Positions 34,980 to 44,463 of a stretch of 64,000 bases of DNA are shown here, piece by piece. The position numbers were made by a program, and so were the translations under genes. Each line of letters starts with the position of its first letter. The stretch's first letter is position 1. Origin of the DNA: an uncultured Granulosicoccaceae bacterium (GTDB taxonomy: Bacteria > Pseudomonadota > Gammaproteobacteria > Granulosicoccales > Granulosicoccaceae); assembly GCA_937951215.1 (NCBI GenBank), contig CALFCE010000205.1:51-64050 (forward strand). The letters are read 5' to 3'. The notes beneath the pieces are model-generated. The model saw only the letters and a program-made list of their open reading frames with translations, had not been told where the DNA came from and did not search any database.

Positions 34980-36506
34980 TTACTTTAGAAAACGAGTGTA
35001 GGCCGGGTTTTCTGTTTCGTTCTCGTAGGGGTAGCCGAGATCTTGTAAAAATGTTGAGAAGGCGGCCTCCTCGTCTTCCGGTATTTGCATGGCGACCAGT
35101 ACGCGACCATAAGCTGCACCGTGGTTGCGATAATGGAAAAGCGTAATATTCCACTTTGCACCCATGCTGGAAAGAAACCCCAACAAAGCTCCCGGTCGCT
35201 CTGGAAAACGAAAGCGATACAACCGTTCCTGCGTTCCCGGGCTGGCGTGCCCGCCTATCATGTGTCTGACATGCAACTTGGCGGTATCGTTTTCCGACAT
35301 ATCCAGCACCGAATACCCTTCACTTTCCAATTGCGATTTCAAGTCACATCGCTCTTGACCACCGGCCGGCAGCTCAACGCCGACAAACACCTCGGCCTCG
35401 GTCTGTTCCGGATTAACACCCTTCACCCGGTAGTTGAATTCGGTGATACTGCGGCGACCCAGGGCATCACAAAATCGCAAAAAGCTGCCCGGTTTTTCGG
35501 GAATCGCCACCGCATACAGAGCTTCTCGGCTCTCACCGATGTCAGCACGCTCTGCCACATGCCGAAGTCGATCAAAGTTGATATTGGCACCGCTACTGAT
35601 TGCGATTAATGTCTGCTTTTCAATTTTATTGGCAGCAACATATTTCTTCATACCGGCAATTGCCAATGCGCCTGCAGGCTCCACCAGGGTGCGGGTTTCG
35701 TTAAACATGTCCTTAATCGCCGACGACATTTCATCAACACTGACCAGAATGACATGATCAAGAGTCTCCTTGCAGACCTTGAAAGTCTCCTGGCCTGCCT
35801 TTCTGACCGCCACACCATCAGCAAAAAGCCCCACCTGCTGAAGTTCAACCGGCTCTCCGGCCTGAAGCGCATCGTGCATGCAGGCAGCATCAACGGGTTC
35901 CACACCAATCACCTTGACCTGTGGGCGCAGATACTTGAGGTAGGCCGAAACACCCGCGGCCAGACCGCCGCCACCGACCGGAACAAAAATAGCATCCAGC
36001 TGCCCGGGATGTTGCTGGCAAATTTCCATTCCGATAGTCCCCTGGCCGGCAATAGTGTCAGGATCATCAAAGGGGTGAATAAATGGAAAACCGCGCTCTT
36101 CGCCAATCGCCAGCGCATGCGCCAGAGCACTATCAAAATCATCACCATGCAAAATGGCCTGTGCACCGTGTGAACGCACCGCATCGACTTTTATCGGTGG
36201 CGTGGTTACCGGCATGACGATAATGGCTTCCAGACCCAGGCGACTGGCTGTCAGGGCCACGCCCTGTGCATGGTTACCGGCCGATGCTGCAACCACCCCT
36301 GCCAACTCACGTGTTTGCGCGAGGCGGAATATCTTGTTGAATGCACCCCGACATTTGAACGAAAATATAGGCTGTTCGTCCTCGCGCTTGAGCAAAACGG
36401 TGTTTTTGAGCCGGTTCGACAGCAAAGGTGCATCATGCAAACGGCTTTGAATGGACACGTCGTAGACGCGAGCATCCAGTATGCGTTTAATATAGTGTTC
36501 GGTCAC
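34980..36506 (-). CDS. ilvA: biosynthetic threonine dehydratase
   Basis: PLP site FSFKCRGAF, GGGGL, and two C-terminal ACT-like regulatory repeats. 508 aa. Confidence 0.94.
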   Translation of the reverse strand: MTEHYIKRILDARVYDVSIQSRLHDAPLLSNRLKNTVLLKREDEQPIFSFKCRGAFNKIFRLAQTRELAGVVAASAGNHAQGVALTASRLGLEAIIVMPVTTPPIKVDAVRSHGAQAILHGDDFDSALAHALAIGEERGFPFIHPFDDPDTIAGQGTIGMEICQQHPGQLDAIFVPVGGGGLAAGVSAYLKYLRPQVKVIGVEPVDAACMHDALQAGEPVELQQVGLFADGVAVRKAGQETFKVCKETLDHVILVSVDEMSSAIKDMFNETRTLVEPAGALAIAGMKKYVAANKIEKQTLIAISSGANINFDRLRHVAERADIGESREALYAVAIPEKPGSFLRFCDALGRRSITEFNYRVKGVNPEQTEAEVFVGVELPAGGQERCDLKSQLESEGYSVLDMSENDTAKLHVRHMIGGHASPGTQERLYRFRFPERPGALLGFLSSMGAKWNITLFHYRNHGAAYGRVLVAMQIPEDEEAAFSTFLQDLGYPYENETENPAYTRFLK

Positions 36507-36671
36507 GCTTGAATTGATTGAGAGGATGGCATCAGGCTCGACAATGTACCTAAATTACCTGCAAAGGGAAACCATAGCGGTTCACAATTAGCTCATCCAT
36601 TGGCACCGAGTCTGATCCTCGGAACACGAACACTGACCCCAACCTCCCAACCAACAACTGAATCCCGGCTT

Positions 36672-37355
36672 ATGGCAACGACCCAACCCTCAACTCAAGC
36701 TCTGAAACAGGCTGTGGCTGCCGCTGCCATCGAAATCATGCCAAAGGATTGTGTGATAGGTGTAGGCACCGGCAGTACCGCCAATTGCTTTATCGATCTC
36801 CTGGGAGAGATAGCACCACGTATTGAAGGTGCTGTGGCAAGTTCAGAGGCAAGCGCGGAAAGACTGCGCCAAAACGGTATTGATGTGCTTGATCTGAACT
36901 CAGCCGGCCCCTTGCCGGTCTATGTCGATGGTGCCGATGAAGCCAATCCGCAACTGCACCTGATCAAAGGAGGGGGAGGTGCTCTGACTCGCGAGAAAAT
37001 CGTCGCAGCTGCCAGTGAACAATTTATCTGTGTGGTTGATGAGAGCAAGCTGGTCAAGGTACTGGGAGAGTATCCATTGCCGATAGAAGTGATCCCCATG
37101 GCCAGGAGCTACGTGGCTCGACAAATAGTGGTTATGGGAGGAGATCCTGAACTGCGTGAGGGTACCGTCACTGACAATGGCAACCTGATACTCGATATTT
37201 ACAACATGGAACTGATCGATCCAGTTACCAGTGAGCTTCACCTGAATCAAATAGCCGGGGTTGTCAGCGTCGGATTGTTCGCGGCCAGACCAGCGGATGT
37301 TTTACTGGTGGCCAAGTCAGACGGCTCCATTGAGAAACATATGGCAGGTAATTGA
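36672..37355 (+). CDS. rpiA: ribose-5-phosphate isomerase A
   Basis: [25 protein letters not shown] take the ATG at 36672. The ORF opens at TTG 36600. Confidence 0.93.
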   Translation: MATTQPSTQALKQAVAAAAIEIMPKDCVIGVGTGSTANCFIDLLGEIAPRIEGAVASSEASAERLRQNGIDVLDLNSAGPLPVYVDGADEANPQLHLIKGGGGALTREKIVAAASEQFICVVDESKLVKVLGEYPLPIEVIPMARSYVARQIVVMGGDPELREGTVTDNGNLILDIYNMELIDPVTSELHLNQIAGVVSVGLFAARPADVLLVAKSDGSIEKHMAGN

Positions 37356-37394
37356 GTATCAGGTTTAAGCAATCAGGGTGTAAGCCTATTGGGG

Positions 37395-37416
37395 GCAGCG
37401 GGCCAATACCCGCTGC
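37395..37416. terminator. GC-rich hairpin between convergent rpiA and the comEA-like gene
   Basis: GCAGCGGG-CCAATA-CCCGCTGC. No strong T-tract on either side. Confidence 0.4.
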
Positions 37417-37429
37417 TTCCAACTTGAAC

Positions 37430-37459
37430 TTAACTGGCAGGTTTTTAACTGGCAGGTTT
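37430..37459 (-). repeat. 15-bp x2 tandem repeat containing the comEA-like stop codon
   Basis: TTAACTGGCAGGTTT occurs twice. On the minus strand this reads AAACCTGCCAGTTAA twice (KPAS* KPAS*), giving two in-frame TAA codons. Confidence 0.92.
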
Positions 37460-38050
37460 GTTTTTGGAGGTACTTTTCTTTTTAGAGGAGCTTTTCTTTT
37501 TGCTCTTCGATTTGGAAGACTTCGCAGCTTTCTTCTTGCAGTCTTTGGACACTTTGCCACTGGCATTCTTCTTACAATCTTTGCTGGCTGATGTCGAGTT
37601 GCTGCTTTTCTTTTTGGTGGAACTTTTCTGATCGGACTTTGCAGCCTTGCCAGCTACCGATTTGCTTTTCGTTGTTTTCTTGCTGGAAGCTGACGACGTA
37701 GATGAACTCCCGGAGCCACTTTTGGACTTGGCCTGTTTTTTCGCCGCCGCGTAGGCTTTGGCATCACCTTTGACAGCACCTTTGCTTAGGGACAGGTACT
37801 TCTTGTTCTTTTTTATCAGCGCGGGTCCGATGCCTTTGACACCGCCAAGATCATCGAGACTTGAAAACTTACCGTTCTTCTTCCGGTAGCTGACAATAGC
37901 TTCTGCTTTGACTGGACCGATGCCGACCAGATTCTGCTGAATCGCCGCAGCATCAGCCTTGTTGATATTGACTATTTCTGCCGCCACAGCAAAGCCGGAA
38001 AACAACATCAAAAGCAATGTTGAAACAAACAGGCTGTTTCGAAAACTCAT
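37445..38050 (-). CDS. ComEA-like helix-hairpin-helix DNA-binding protein with a secretion signal and a K/S-rich tail of about 110 aa
   Basis: Signal peptide ...LFSGFAVAAE, then INKADAAAIQQNLVGIGPVKAEAIVSYRKKNGKFSSLDDLGGVKGIGPALIKKN (two HhH motifs). The histone-H1-like tail carries two KDCKK motifs. Confidence 0.85.
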   Translation of the reverse strand: MSFRNSLFVSTLLLMLFSGFAVAAEIVNINKADAAAIQQNLVGIGPVKAEAIVSYRKKNGKFSSLDDLGGVKGIGPALIKKNKKYLSLSKGAVKGDAKAYAAAKKQAKSKSGSGSSSTSSASSKKTTKSKSVAGKAAKSDQKSSTKKKSSNSTSASKDCKKNASGKVSKDCKKKAAKSSKSKSKKKSSSKKKSTSKNKPAS

Positions 38051-38075
38051 AGTATTAACTCCAGATTTTTATCAG

Positions 38076-40712
38076 TTAATCAATCTCGTCATCAATGACT
38101 GCCAATGGCAATTCAACGGAAATCCTGGTTCCGCGGCCTGGACTCGAGGCCCACACTCGCCCACCATGCTGGGTGACAACTCTTGAAACCAGTGCAAGCC
38201 CCAAGCCGATTCCTTTAAATTGTTTGGAAATATTGGCATCTCGTTTGAAACGCTGAAACAGGTTTTCCATCATTTCAGGGGCAATTCCAATCCCCTGATC
38301 CTCTACATCGAGAAAAATTTTATCTCCCTCAACCCGATACAAAATTTTAATGACAGTCTTTTCCGGAGAGTACTTTATCGCGTTGCTAACAATGTTGACG
38401 ACCGCACGTTCGAGCAATGAAGCGTCGGCATTGACCCAGATTTCATCCTCTTGCGGATCAATCTCAAAAACGATTTCCTTATTTCGAGCTTGCGGAGCCA
38501 ATTGCGCTACAGCGTTGTCCACTATCGAATCAAACAGTGACAATGAAAATTGCTCGGCACTGAGATTATCCGCCCGTGCCAGTGTCAGCAAGTCATCCAT
38601 CATAGTGAGGCTGAGATTGATATTGGATTCAATACGCTCTATTTTTTCATCATTTTTAGCTTCGGAAACTCTGAGATCATCTCCCAACAGGTACAGTGAA
38701 GATATCAGGGGGGAACGTAAATCATGTGACAGAAAGTCGATCAATTCTGCTCTGGAGCGTTCACTGCGCCGAATCTCGGACACATCGACAATACTTGCCG
38801 AAATCAATCTTTCTGCCAGAGTGTCTCCTACTGCTTTGAAATTGATAACCAATTCATTGTCATCCTGTACCCGATTGATTTGCCAGGATTCAGAATTCAA
38901 AATCAATCGCTGCAATCGCTCTTGATCCCTACTGTCCGGATCCCGGCCGATCCTTTTTAGAAAATCGTGCAGGGAAATTTCCTTGTCAAGAACCATTGGC
39001 AAAACCTGTTGCGCCAACTCATTGATTCTGACTGTTTCACCAGCAGCACTCCAGACCACCAACCCGGCCGAGCTGCCTTCGAAAATACTTTCACTCAATC
39101 CATTGAGCTGCCGCAATCGCTCCATCTGGGAACTCAAACGATACGTATTCACCTGTAGCCGTTCGATCGAACCACTCATACGCGCAGGCGCCTGACGCTC
39201 ACGGACTCGGGAGAGACTGTCTATATAACTGGCAAATTCTTCAGCAAATTCAGCGTCATCACTATGGAAAGCGATGGTCAGGTTACCGGGTGTGGCGTAG
39301 CGTTTTCGATAGGTACCTTCATCGTTGATCCACAACTCCAGGCCAGGTTCAAGTTTACGCCCGGGTATTGCTTTTCCATTCGAAAATTCCTGTCCCGCGG
39401 CTTCAAAGTGCCACGAGTTGACAGGTAAATGCTGTTGGGCGTTTTCAAAAAAATTCACCAATAAAACATCGTTGGTATTGTCAATGGAACCGATTTCTCG
39501 ACTGAGTTTATCGCTCTCCTGGCGCAAGAATTCAGATACAAAATCCAGACGATGCCAACTCCAGATAAAATAGCTGACCAACATGGGCAAACTGGCGACC
39601 AAAGGTGGGTACCACAATTTGTAGACAGCGTATAAAAAGTAGCTTAGCAGAATTGGAATCATCGCAAAGACGCCAGCACCAATCAGTCCCCATAGCGGCG
39701 ATAATCTCGAATAAAGCAAGAGAATAAAAAACAGTAGCACTGCTGCTACGACGAAATTCAAGTGGTGATTTATTTCCGTAATCAGACTGCCGTCACGCAG
39801 AGCTGAAAAAATATTGGCATGAATTTCAACACCCGGCATTGGCGTATCAATCGAAGACACTGCAGTAGGCAGTACATCACCCATCCCGGTTGCGGTGGTG
39901 CCGATAAACACAATTTTTCCAGCCAGCGCGTTCGGGTCAACACGACCACTGATCACATCTTCAATGGGAATATTGACGAATGTGCGAGCCGGACCATAGA
40001 AGGGGATCAACACCTCTCTGTCTTCAACCCAGGTATTCAACGGAGAAGGTTCAAGCTGTCTGCCAGGAATATTATCGGCAATCAATTCATCACCGGTACC
40101 AGCACTGAGGGCATTGAAGGTTGCCAGGCTCAGTGCAGGCCAATGCGCCGACCTGAAACCTGCCATCAAATTTACCCTGCGCACAATGCCATCGGCATCA
40201 ATTGGTAAAAATATGTGCCCGAGATCTGTGATATCACGGGTGATAACAGGGAGAGGAAGCTTCTCCGCCTGATCGGTGTAGGAACCACGCCCTTCGGTAA
40301 GAACAGGTAAAATCGAAACCGGCAAACTGGCTATGGCTTTCGCCAGGGCAACATCATTCGCGGGGAAATTATCAGGCTCGACGTACAATATATCGATAAC
40401 CGCTGCACGTACTTCCAATGATGCGAGCTTTTGAAAGAAAGCCGCTTGCAGATCTCGCGACCACGGCCAACGACCGATACTGGCCAGACTTGCCGAATCG
40501 ATTCCGATGACAACCACATCCTCGGGCGCTTCACGTTGCTGCAACCTGACCCAACCATCATGCAGCAGCGTATCGAGATTTCGCGTGAACTGCCCCTCGT
40601 GCAAGGCATAGGTAATAGAGAGGAGCAACAGGTAGAATCCCAGCAGTGACAGATAGCTGAAATGACTTTGAAGGTGGCTCGCGGCCTGGGGCCGGTTGCT
40701 ATTGCGAGCCAT
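38076..40712 (-). CDS. CHASE2-domain sensor histidine kinase
   Basis: N-terminal TM, then a CHASE2 pattern (VVIGIDSASL..IGRWPWSRD...VIDILY). Three TM segments follow, then H-box FLSHDLRSPL and an HATPase region (N, G1 DQGIGI, G2 GIGLGL). Confidence 0.88.
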   Translation of the reverse strand: MARNSNRPQAASHLQSHFSYLSLLGFYLLLLSITYALHEGQFTRNLDTLLHDGWVRLQQREAPEDVVVIGIDSASLASIGRWPWSRDLQAAFFQKLASLEVRAAVIDILYVEPDNFPANDVALAKAIASLPVSILPVLTEGRGSYTDQAEKLPLPVITRDITDLGHIFLPIDADGIVRRVNLMAGFRSAHWPALSLATFNALSAGTGDELIADNIPGRQLEPSPLNTWVEDREVLIPFYGPARTFVNIPIEDVISGRVDPNALAGKIVFIGTTATGMGDVLPTAVSSIDTPMPGVEIHANIFSALRDGSLITEINHHLNFVVAAVLLFFILLLYSRLSPLWGLIGAGVFAMIPILLSYFLYAVYKLWYPPLVASLPMLVSYFIWSWHRLDFVSEFLRQESDKLSREIGSIDNTNDVLLVNFFENAQQHLPVNSWHFEAAGQEFSNGKAIPGRKLEPGLELWINDEGTYRKRYATPGNLTIAFHSDDAEFAEEFASYIDSLSRVRERQAPARMSGSIERLQVNTYRLSSQMERLRQLNGLSESIFEGSSAGLVVWSAAGETVRINELAQQVLPMVLDKEISLHDFLKRIGRDPDSRDQERLQRLILNSESWQINRVQDDNELVINFKAVGDTLAERLISASIVDVSEIRRSERSRAELIDFLSHDLRSPLISSLYLLGDDLRVSEAKNDEKIERIESNINLSLTMMDDLLTLARADNLSAEQFSLSLFDSIVDNAVAQLAPQARNKEIVFEIDPQEDEIWVNADASLLERAVVNIVSNAIKYSPEKTVIKILYRVEGDKIFLDVEDQGIGIAPEMMENLFQRFKRDANISKQFKGIGLGLALVSRVVTQHGGRVWASSPGRGTRISVELPLAVIDDEID

Positions 40713-40760
40713 GGTCAGGAGTTAAGCCGGTTAAAACGCGAAATGCTTGCTGAGTAAAGA

Positions 40761-42089
40761 TTAATTGGCAGCGATTTCAAGTACTGGCCCAAAACGAGAG
40801 ACTTCAGTCTCGGAAAGCACCGCCCTTGCTCTGGCAAAGTATCGCTCACCCTCAAAACCTGCGACAGCCCCGCCCCCCGAGGGAACATCCACACTGACAA
40901 TACCCGCAAAGTCGGGTGAAGTTGAAAATTGAATTTCAAACAGTTCAAGTTCCGAGTCAGCTGAAACAAGCTCAACGTAGCGCTGATTTGTATCAGCATC
41001 GTCCAGTGCCAGATTCGGGCCCGCAACGTTAGTATTCATGGTGACTACATTGAGCTCTGTAGAGGAGGCATAGCCTTTGAAGCCTTCTGAATCCAGGCCT
41101 CTGACATTCAGGAAATAAGCGCCAGATTCTGTTTGCTGAATACTGTGTGTCGTACTGCTTGTAGACTCTCTGTATTGCTCGCGGTTACCCAAAGGCTGCT
41201 CTGTCAAGGAAAGCAGATATCCGGCGGCCTTTGGATCGGCACCCCAGGTGATTGTGTCTTCAGGTGTGATACGAGAGGCGTAATTGGCAAACCGCGGTCC
41301 CACCAATAGGGGAACTGGATCCTGCGGCCCTTCGTCTTTGACTGTCTTGACCCCAAGACCAGTCGGCAAGCTGACTTCACCTACCGTGGACTGGATATCC
41401 ACTGAACCTTCGGTGACTCCCACCAGCATTTCGGTTTCACTGACATCAAAGTCAAACACAGTGCCGCGGACCGCCGCCGACGCATAGGGTGTGTTGATAA
41501 TGAACTGTGTCGGTTGCTTTTCACGGTTTTCAACATCAACATAAACACCACCCGCTTTGGCGTCCAGATCAACCACACATTGATCATCTTTATCAAGACA
41601 GCTGAGCTTGTTAACCACTACCTGACTCATTGGCTGTATATTGACTATGGTGCCACTGGAAAATCGCAAACTGACAAAGCCCACATCACCGGTTTTAATC
41701 AAATCGTTTACGTGGACCTTGAACGGCAAAGTGATATCGATTGCCGCTTGTTGACTGCCTCCCGGATAGACAAGTACCTCGCCCTTTTTGAAAACGGCTT
41801 CAGCAAAGTCATCACGTGGCTTGAAGCTGATTGGCACTTTGATTTCCACGCCTTTGGCGAATACCGTTTTGTAAGGCATTTCATTGTATTCAGCCAGTTG
41901 CCTGCCTAGACCGTTGATGCCAAATTCGCGCGCGGCGATGCGCTCGAAGTTGTCACTTTCTTGCGTGGTAACAACTTTCTCGATACTGGAATCAACCAGT
42001 GGGGAAAAATCGGGTGAACGGGCTTGCGCGGAAAAAGCCGCCATTGACAGAAGCAGGCATAACCAGCACAACACAGGCCTGCAAGCCAT
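40761..42089 (-). CDS. secreted LysM + FecR-domain protein
   Basis: Signal peptide LCLLLSMAAFSAQA, a LysM-like segment (FERIAAREFGINGLGRQLAEYNEM), and the FecR signature ASAAVRGTVFDFDV. I take the ATG at 42089. Confidence 0.8.
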   Translation of the reverse strand: MACRPVLCWLCLLLSMAAFSAQARSPDFSPLVDSSIEKVVTTQESDNFERIAAREFGINGLGRQLAEYNEMPYKTVFAKGVEIKVPISFKPRDDFAEAVFKKGEVLVYPGGSQQAAIDITLPFKVHVNDLIKTGDVGFVSLRFSSGTIVNIQPMSQVVVNKLSCLDKDDQCVVDLDAKAGGVYVDVENREKQPTQFIINTPYASAAVRGTVFDFDVSETEMLVGVTEGSVDIQSTVGEVSLPTGLGVKTVKDEGPQDPVPLLVGPRFANYASRITPEDTITWGADPKAAGYLLSLTEQPLGNREQYRESTSSTTHSIQQTESGAYFLNVRGLDSEGFKGYASSTELNVVTMNTNVAGPNLALDDADTNQRYVELVSADSELELFEIQFSTSPDFAGIVSVDVPSGGGAVAGFEGERYFARARAVLSETEVSRFGPVLEIAAN

Positions 42090-42373
42090 GTTCAAGGTGT
42101 CAATCCTGAGGAAAGCACTGGCTTCTCGCTGCAGCAGGGTAACTTTGTCTAGTACGTCGGATACTGTCACGTCACACCTCCAAGGGCGCCGGGTAATATG
42201 AACAAACAACAAGTATCGTTCCAGAAACTGTCTGGACCTCTAAAGAACAACCACTACATTATAGTTTGCCATAGGCGGTGACCAGCAAACTTATGCAACA
42301 TCGAGCACCATAGAGACCTTCCAGAGCCTGCTGTGCAGTCAAATCACCCTGAACCGCTGCTGGGAATGGCTTA

Positions 42374-43081
42374 TCAAGCGCTGGTGGTGTGCTCCTCCAG
42401 ACGATAACCATGCTGGTATATAGACGTGAGTTTCCAGCGTTCAGAAGCCAGCAACTTCAGTTTTTTGCGCAGACGGCTGGCATGGGTGTCCACTGTTCTG
42501 GTATTGAGTTCGGCGGAGGTGCCCCAGACTGAAGTTAACAAATGTTGCCGGGACAGCACCCGACCACGATTTCGGAACAGGAATACTGCCAGCTCATACT
42601 CCTTTTCGGTCAGGCGCACCGGTTCACCATCAATCAACACCTGCCTGTTGGCGGTATCGAACGTGTAGGGTGGGCACTCCAGAACTTCTGTTTCAGGCTG
42701 GGCACGTCTGGCAAGTGCTTGCAAACGTGCGAGTAACTCATGCTGGCGTACCGGCTTTGCAAGATAATCATCGGCACCTGCCTGCAAGGCGGTGACAATG
42801 TCTTCTTCTGCCTGTCGCGCGGTGACGAAAATAATCGGAATATCGCTGGTCAGAGTTTTACGAATCCAGTGCAACACTTCCAGCCCGGAACTGCCTGTTT
42901 CCAGCGTCCAGTCGAGAACCACTACATCGAAACTGGTTTTGCGAAATGCACGCTGAAATTCATCAGCTGCATTAAAGACGCTGCATTGATACCCTTTGTC
43001 AATAATCCACGATGACACCCGTTCTGCCTGATCTTCATCGTCTTCCAAGAGCGCAATGCGCAAAGTCTGGAATTCAGCCAT
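42374..43081 (-). CDS. OmpR-family response regulator
   Basis: Receiver domain (LLEDDED..., DVVVLDWTL, a TAR segment, K in LAKP) plus a winged-helix region (LTEKEYELAVFLF...TVDTHASRLRKKL...GYRL). I take the ATG at 43081. Confidence 0.9.
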   Translation of the reverse strand: MAEFQTLRIALLEDDEDQAERVSSWIIDKGYQCSVFNAADEFQRAFRKTSFDVVVLDWTLETGSSGLEVLHWIRKTLTSDIPIIFVTARQAEEDIVTALQAGADDYLAKPVRQHELLARLQALARRAQPETEVLECPPYTFDTANRQVLIDGEPVRLTEKEYELAVFLFRNRGRVLSRQHLLTSVWGTSAELNTRTVDTHASRLRKKLKLLASERWKLTSIYQHGYRLEEHTTSA

Positions 43082-43304
43082 TACTGTCGATTTCTCCAAA
43101 TCGGAAGGTGTTGAGCGGACATGCCCGGAAAAAAACACCCTCGAACTGCATGAGAGACACAGGTACGGAAACTACAAATGATGCACCATATGTCAGAAAC
43201 GAGGATTATACCAAAATGCAACTGCCACCGGCGGAACGATTGCCCGTTTCAGGTATCAGTTGGCCGATAAAGAAAAGGCATTTTTATTCTTTATTTACAA
43301 ATAG

Positions 43305-43943
43305 TTACAGTGATTCAGCGATGGGATTCAGAAAATGCCTGCCCGCTTTGATCTCTTGAATGTGTTGTAACAACGACTGGTAATCAGTCTCACTGTCGGC
43401 CAGATTGATTTCCGATGCATTGATAACCAGCAGCGGTGTGTCAGTGTAGTTGTGAAAATAGCTCTCATAGCTATCAGCAAGGCTTTGCAGGTAACGGCTG
43501 TCGACGCGTTGCTCAAAGCGCAGCCCTCGCTTCTCGATTCGCTTGATTAAAATCTCCACAGGCGCTTGCAAGTACACCACCAGATCCGGCTTTGGGCCTA
43601 CCCGCAGCTCCGCATCAAATAGCTGGTTGTACATCCACAGCTCGGTGTCGTCCAGAGTCAATTCGGCAAACAGGCGATCCTTGGCAAACAGAAAATCACT
43701 GACCAGCGGACGATCCGACAGCATGGTCTGCTTCAGCAACTGAGATCGGGTCAATAGAAAATGTAATTGGGTATGCAAGGCATGATTGCGCGGGCTTTTG
43801 TAAAATTTTTCCAGATACGGATTTTCAGCTTCGGTATCACTAAGAAAATCCGCCTCCAGAGATTTTGCCAGACGCACGGCGAGAGTGGTTTTACCTACCC
43901 CGATGGGGCCTTCGATGGCAATAAAGTTATGCTTCAAATCCAA
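43305..43943 (-). CDS. deoxynucleoside kinase family protein
   Basis: P-loop IEGPIGVGKTT, an ERS-like segment and a DR motif. The start is uncertain (TTG 43943 or 43937). The ATG at 43991 would overlap folK by 65 nt. Confidence 0.8.
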   Translation of the reverse strand: MDLKHNFIAIEGPIGVGKTTLAVRLAKSLEADFLSDTEAENPYLEKFYKSPRNHALHTQLHFLLTRSQLLKQTMLSDRPLVSDFLFAKDRLFAELTLDDTELWMYNQLFDAELRVGPKPDLVVYLQAPVEILIKRIEKRGLRFEQRVDSRYLQSLADSYESYFHNYTDTPLLVINASEINLADSETDYQSLLQHIQEIKAGRHFLNPIAESL

Positions 43944-44463
43944 ACTCCATTTTCGACAGCCCCAACATAGGCACTGTCGCTTGGTAATCACTGGCCAGCC
44001 CCAGGCCCGGAAGACTGATCTCGGGAGCTATCTCCAGCAAGGGTAACAATACAAACGAACGTTGGGTAATGCCAGGATGAGGTACACACAGTCGCGGGTG
44101 GTCAACCAGGTGATCGGCATAGAGCAGGAGGTCGAGGTCCAGGGTGCGTGGTCCCCATCGCTGCCCGTCACGAACTCGACCTTGTGCCGATTCCATCGCC
44201 TGCAAGGTATCGAGCAGCGCAAGCGGCGAGAGACAAGTCAGCACCATGCAAACCGCATTGATATAAGCAGGCTGGTCAGCCGGCCCCATCGGATCACTGC
44301 CGTAAAGCGATGACTGCCGTTTTAAATCCAGATCAGGATGGCCTTGTATGGCAATCAAGGCATCATGAAGTTGCTGTGCCGGGTTCTGCAAATTGGCCCC
44401 GAGAGCAATAAATGCGCTGACCGGGTTTTCTGGCGCTTGCAGCGCCGGCCATTCAACCGCCAT
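43927..44463 (-). CDS. folK: 2-amino-4-hydroxy-6-hydroxymethyldihydropteridine pyrophosphokinase
   Basis: AFIALGANL, WGPRTLDLDLLLY, PHPGITQRSFVLLPL. It overlaps the pcnB 3' end, matching the pcnB-folK operon. Confidence 0.93.
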   Translation of the reverse strand: MAVEWPALQAPENPVSAFIALGANLQNPAQQLHDALIAIQGHPDLDLKRQSSLYGSDPMGPADQPAYINAVCMVLTCLSPLALLDTLQAMESAQGRVRDGQRWGPRTLDLDLLLYADHLVDHPRLCVPHPGITQRSFVLLPLLEIAPEISLPGLGLASDYQATVPMLGLSKMEFGFEA

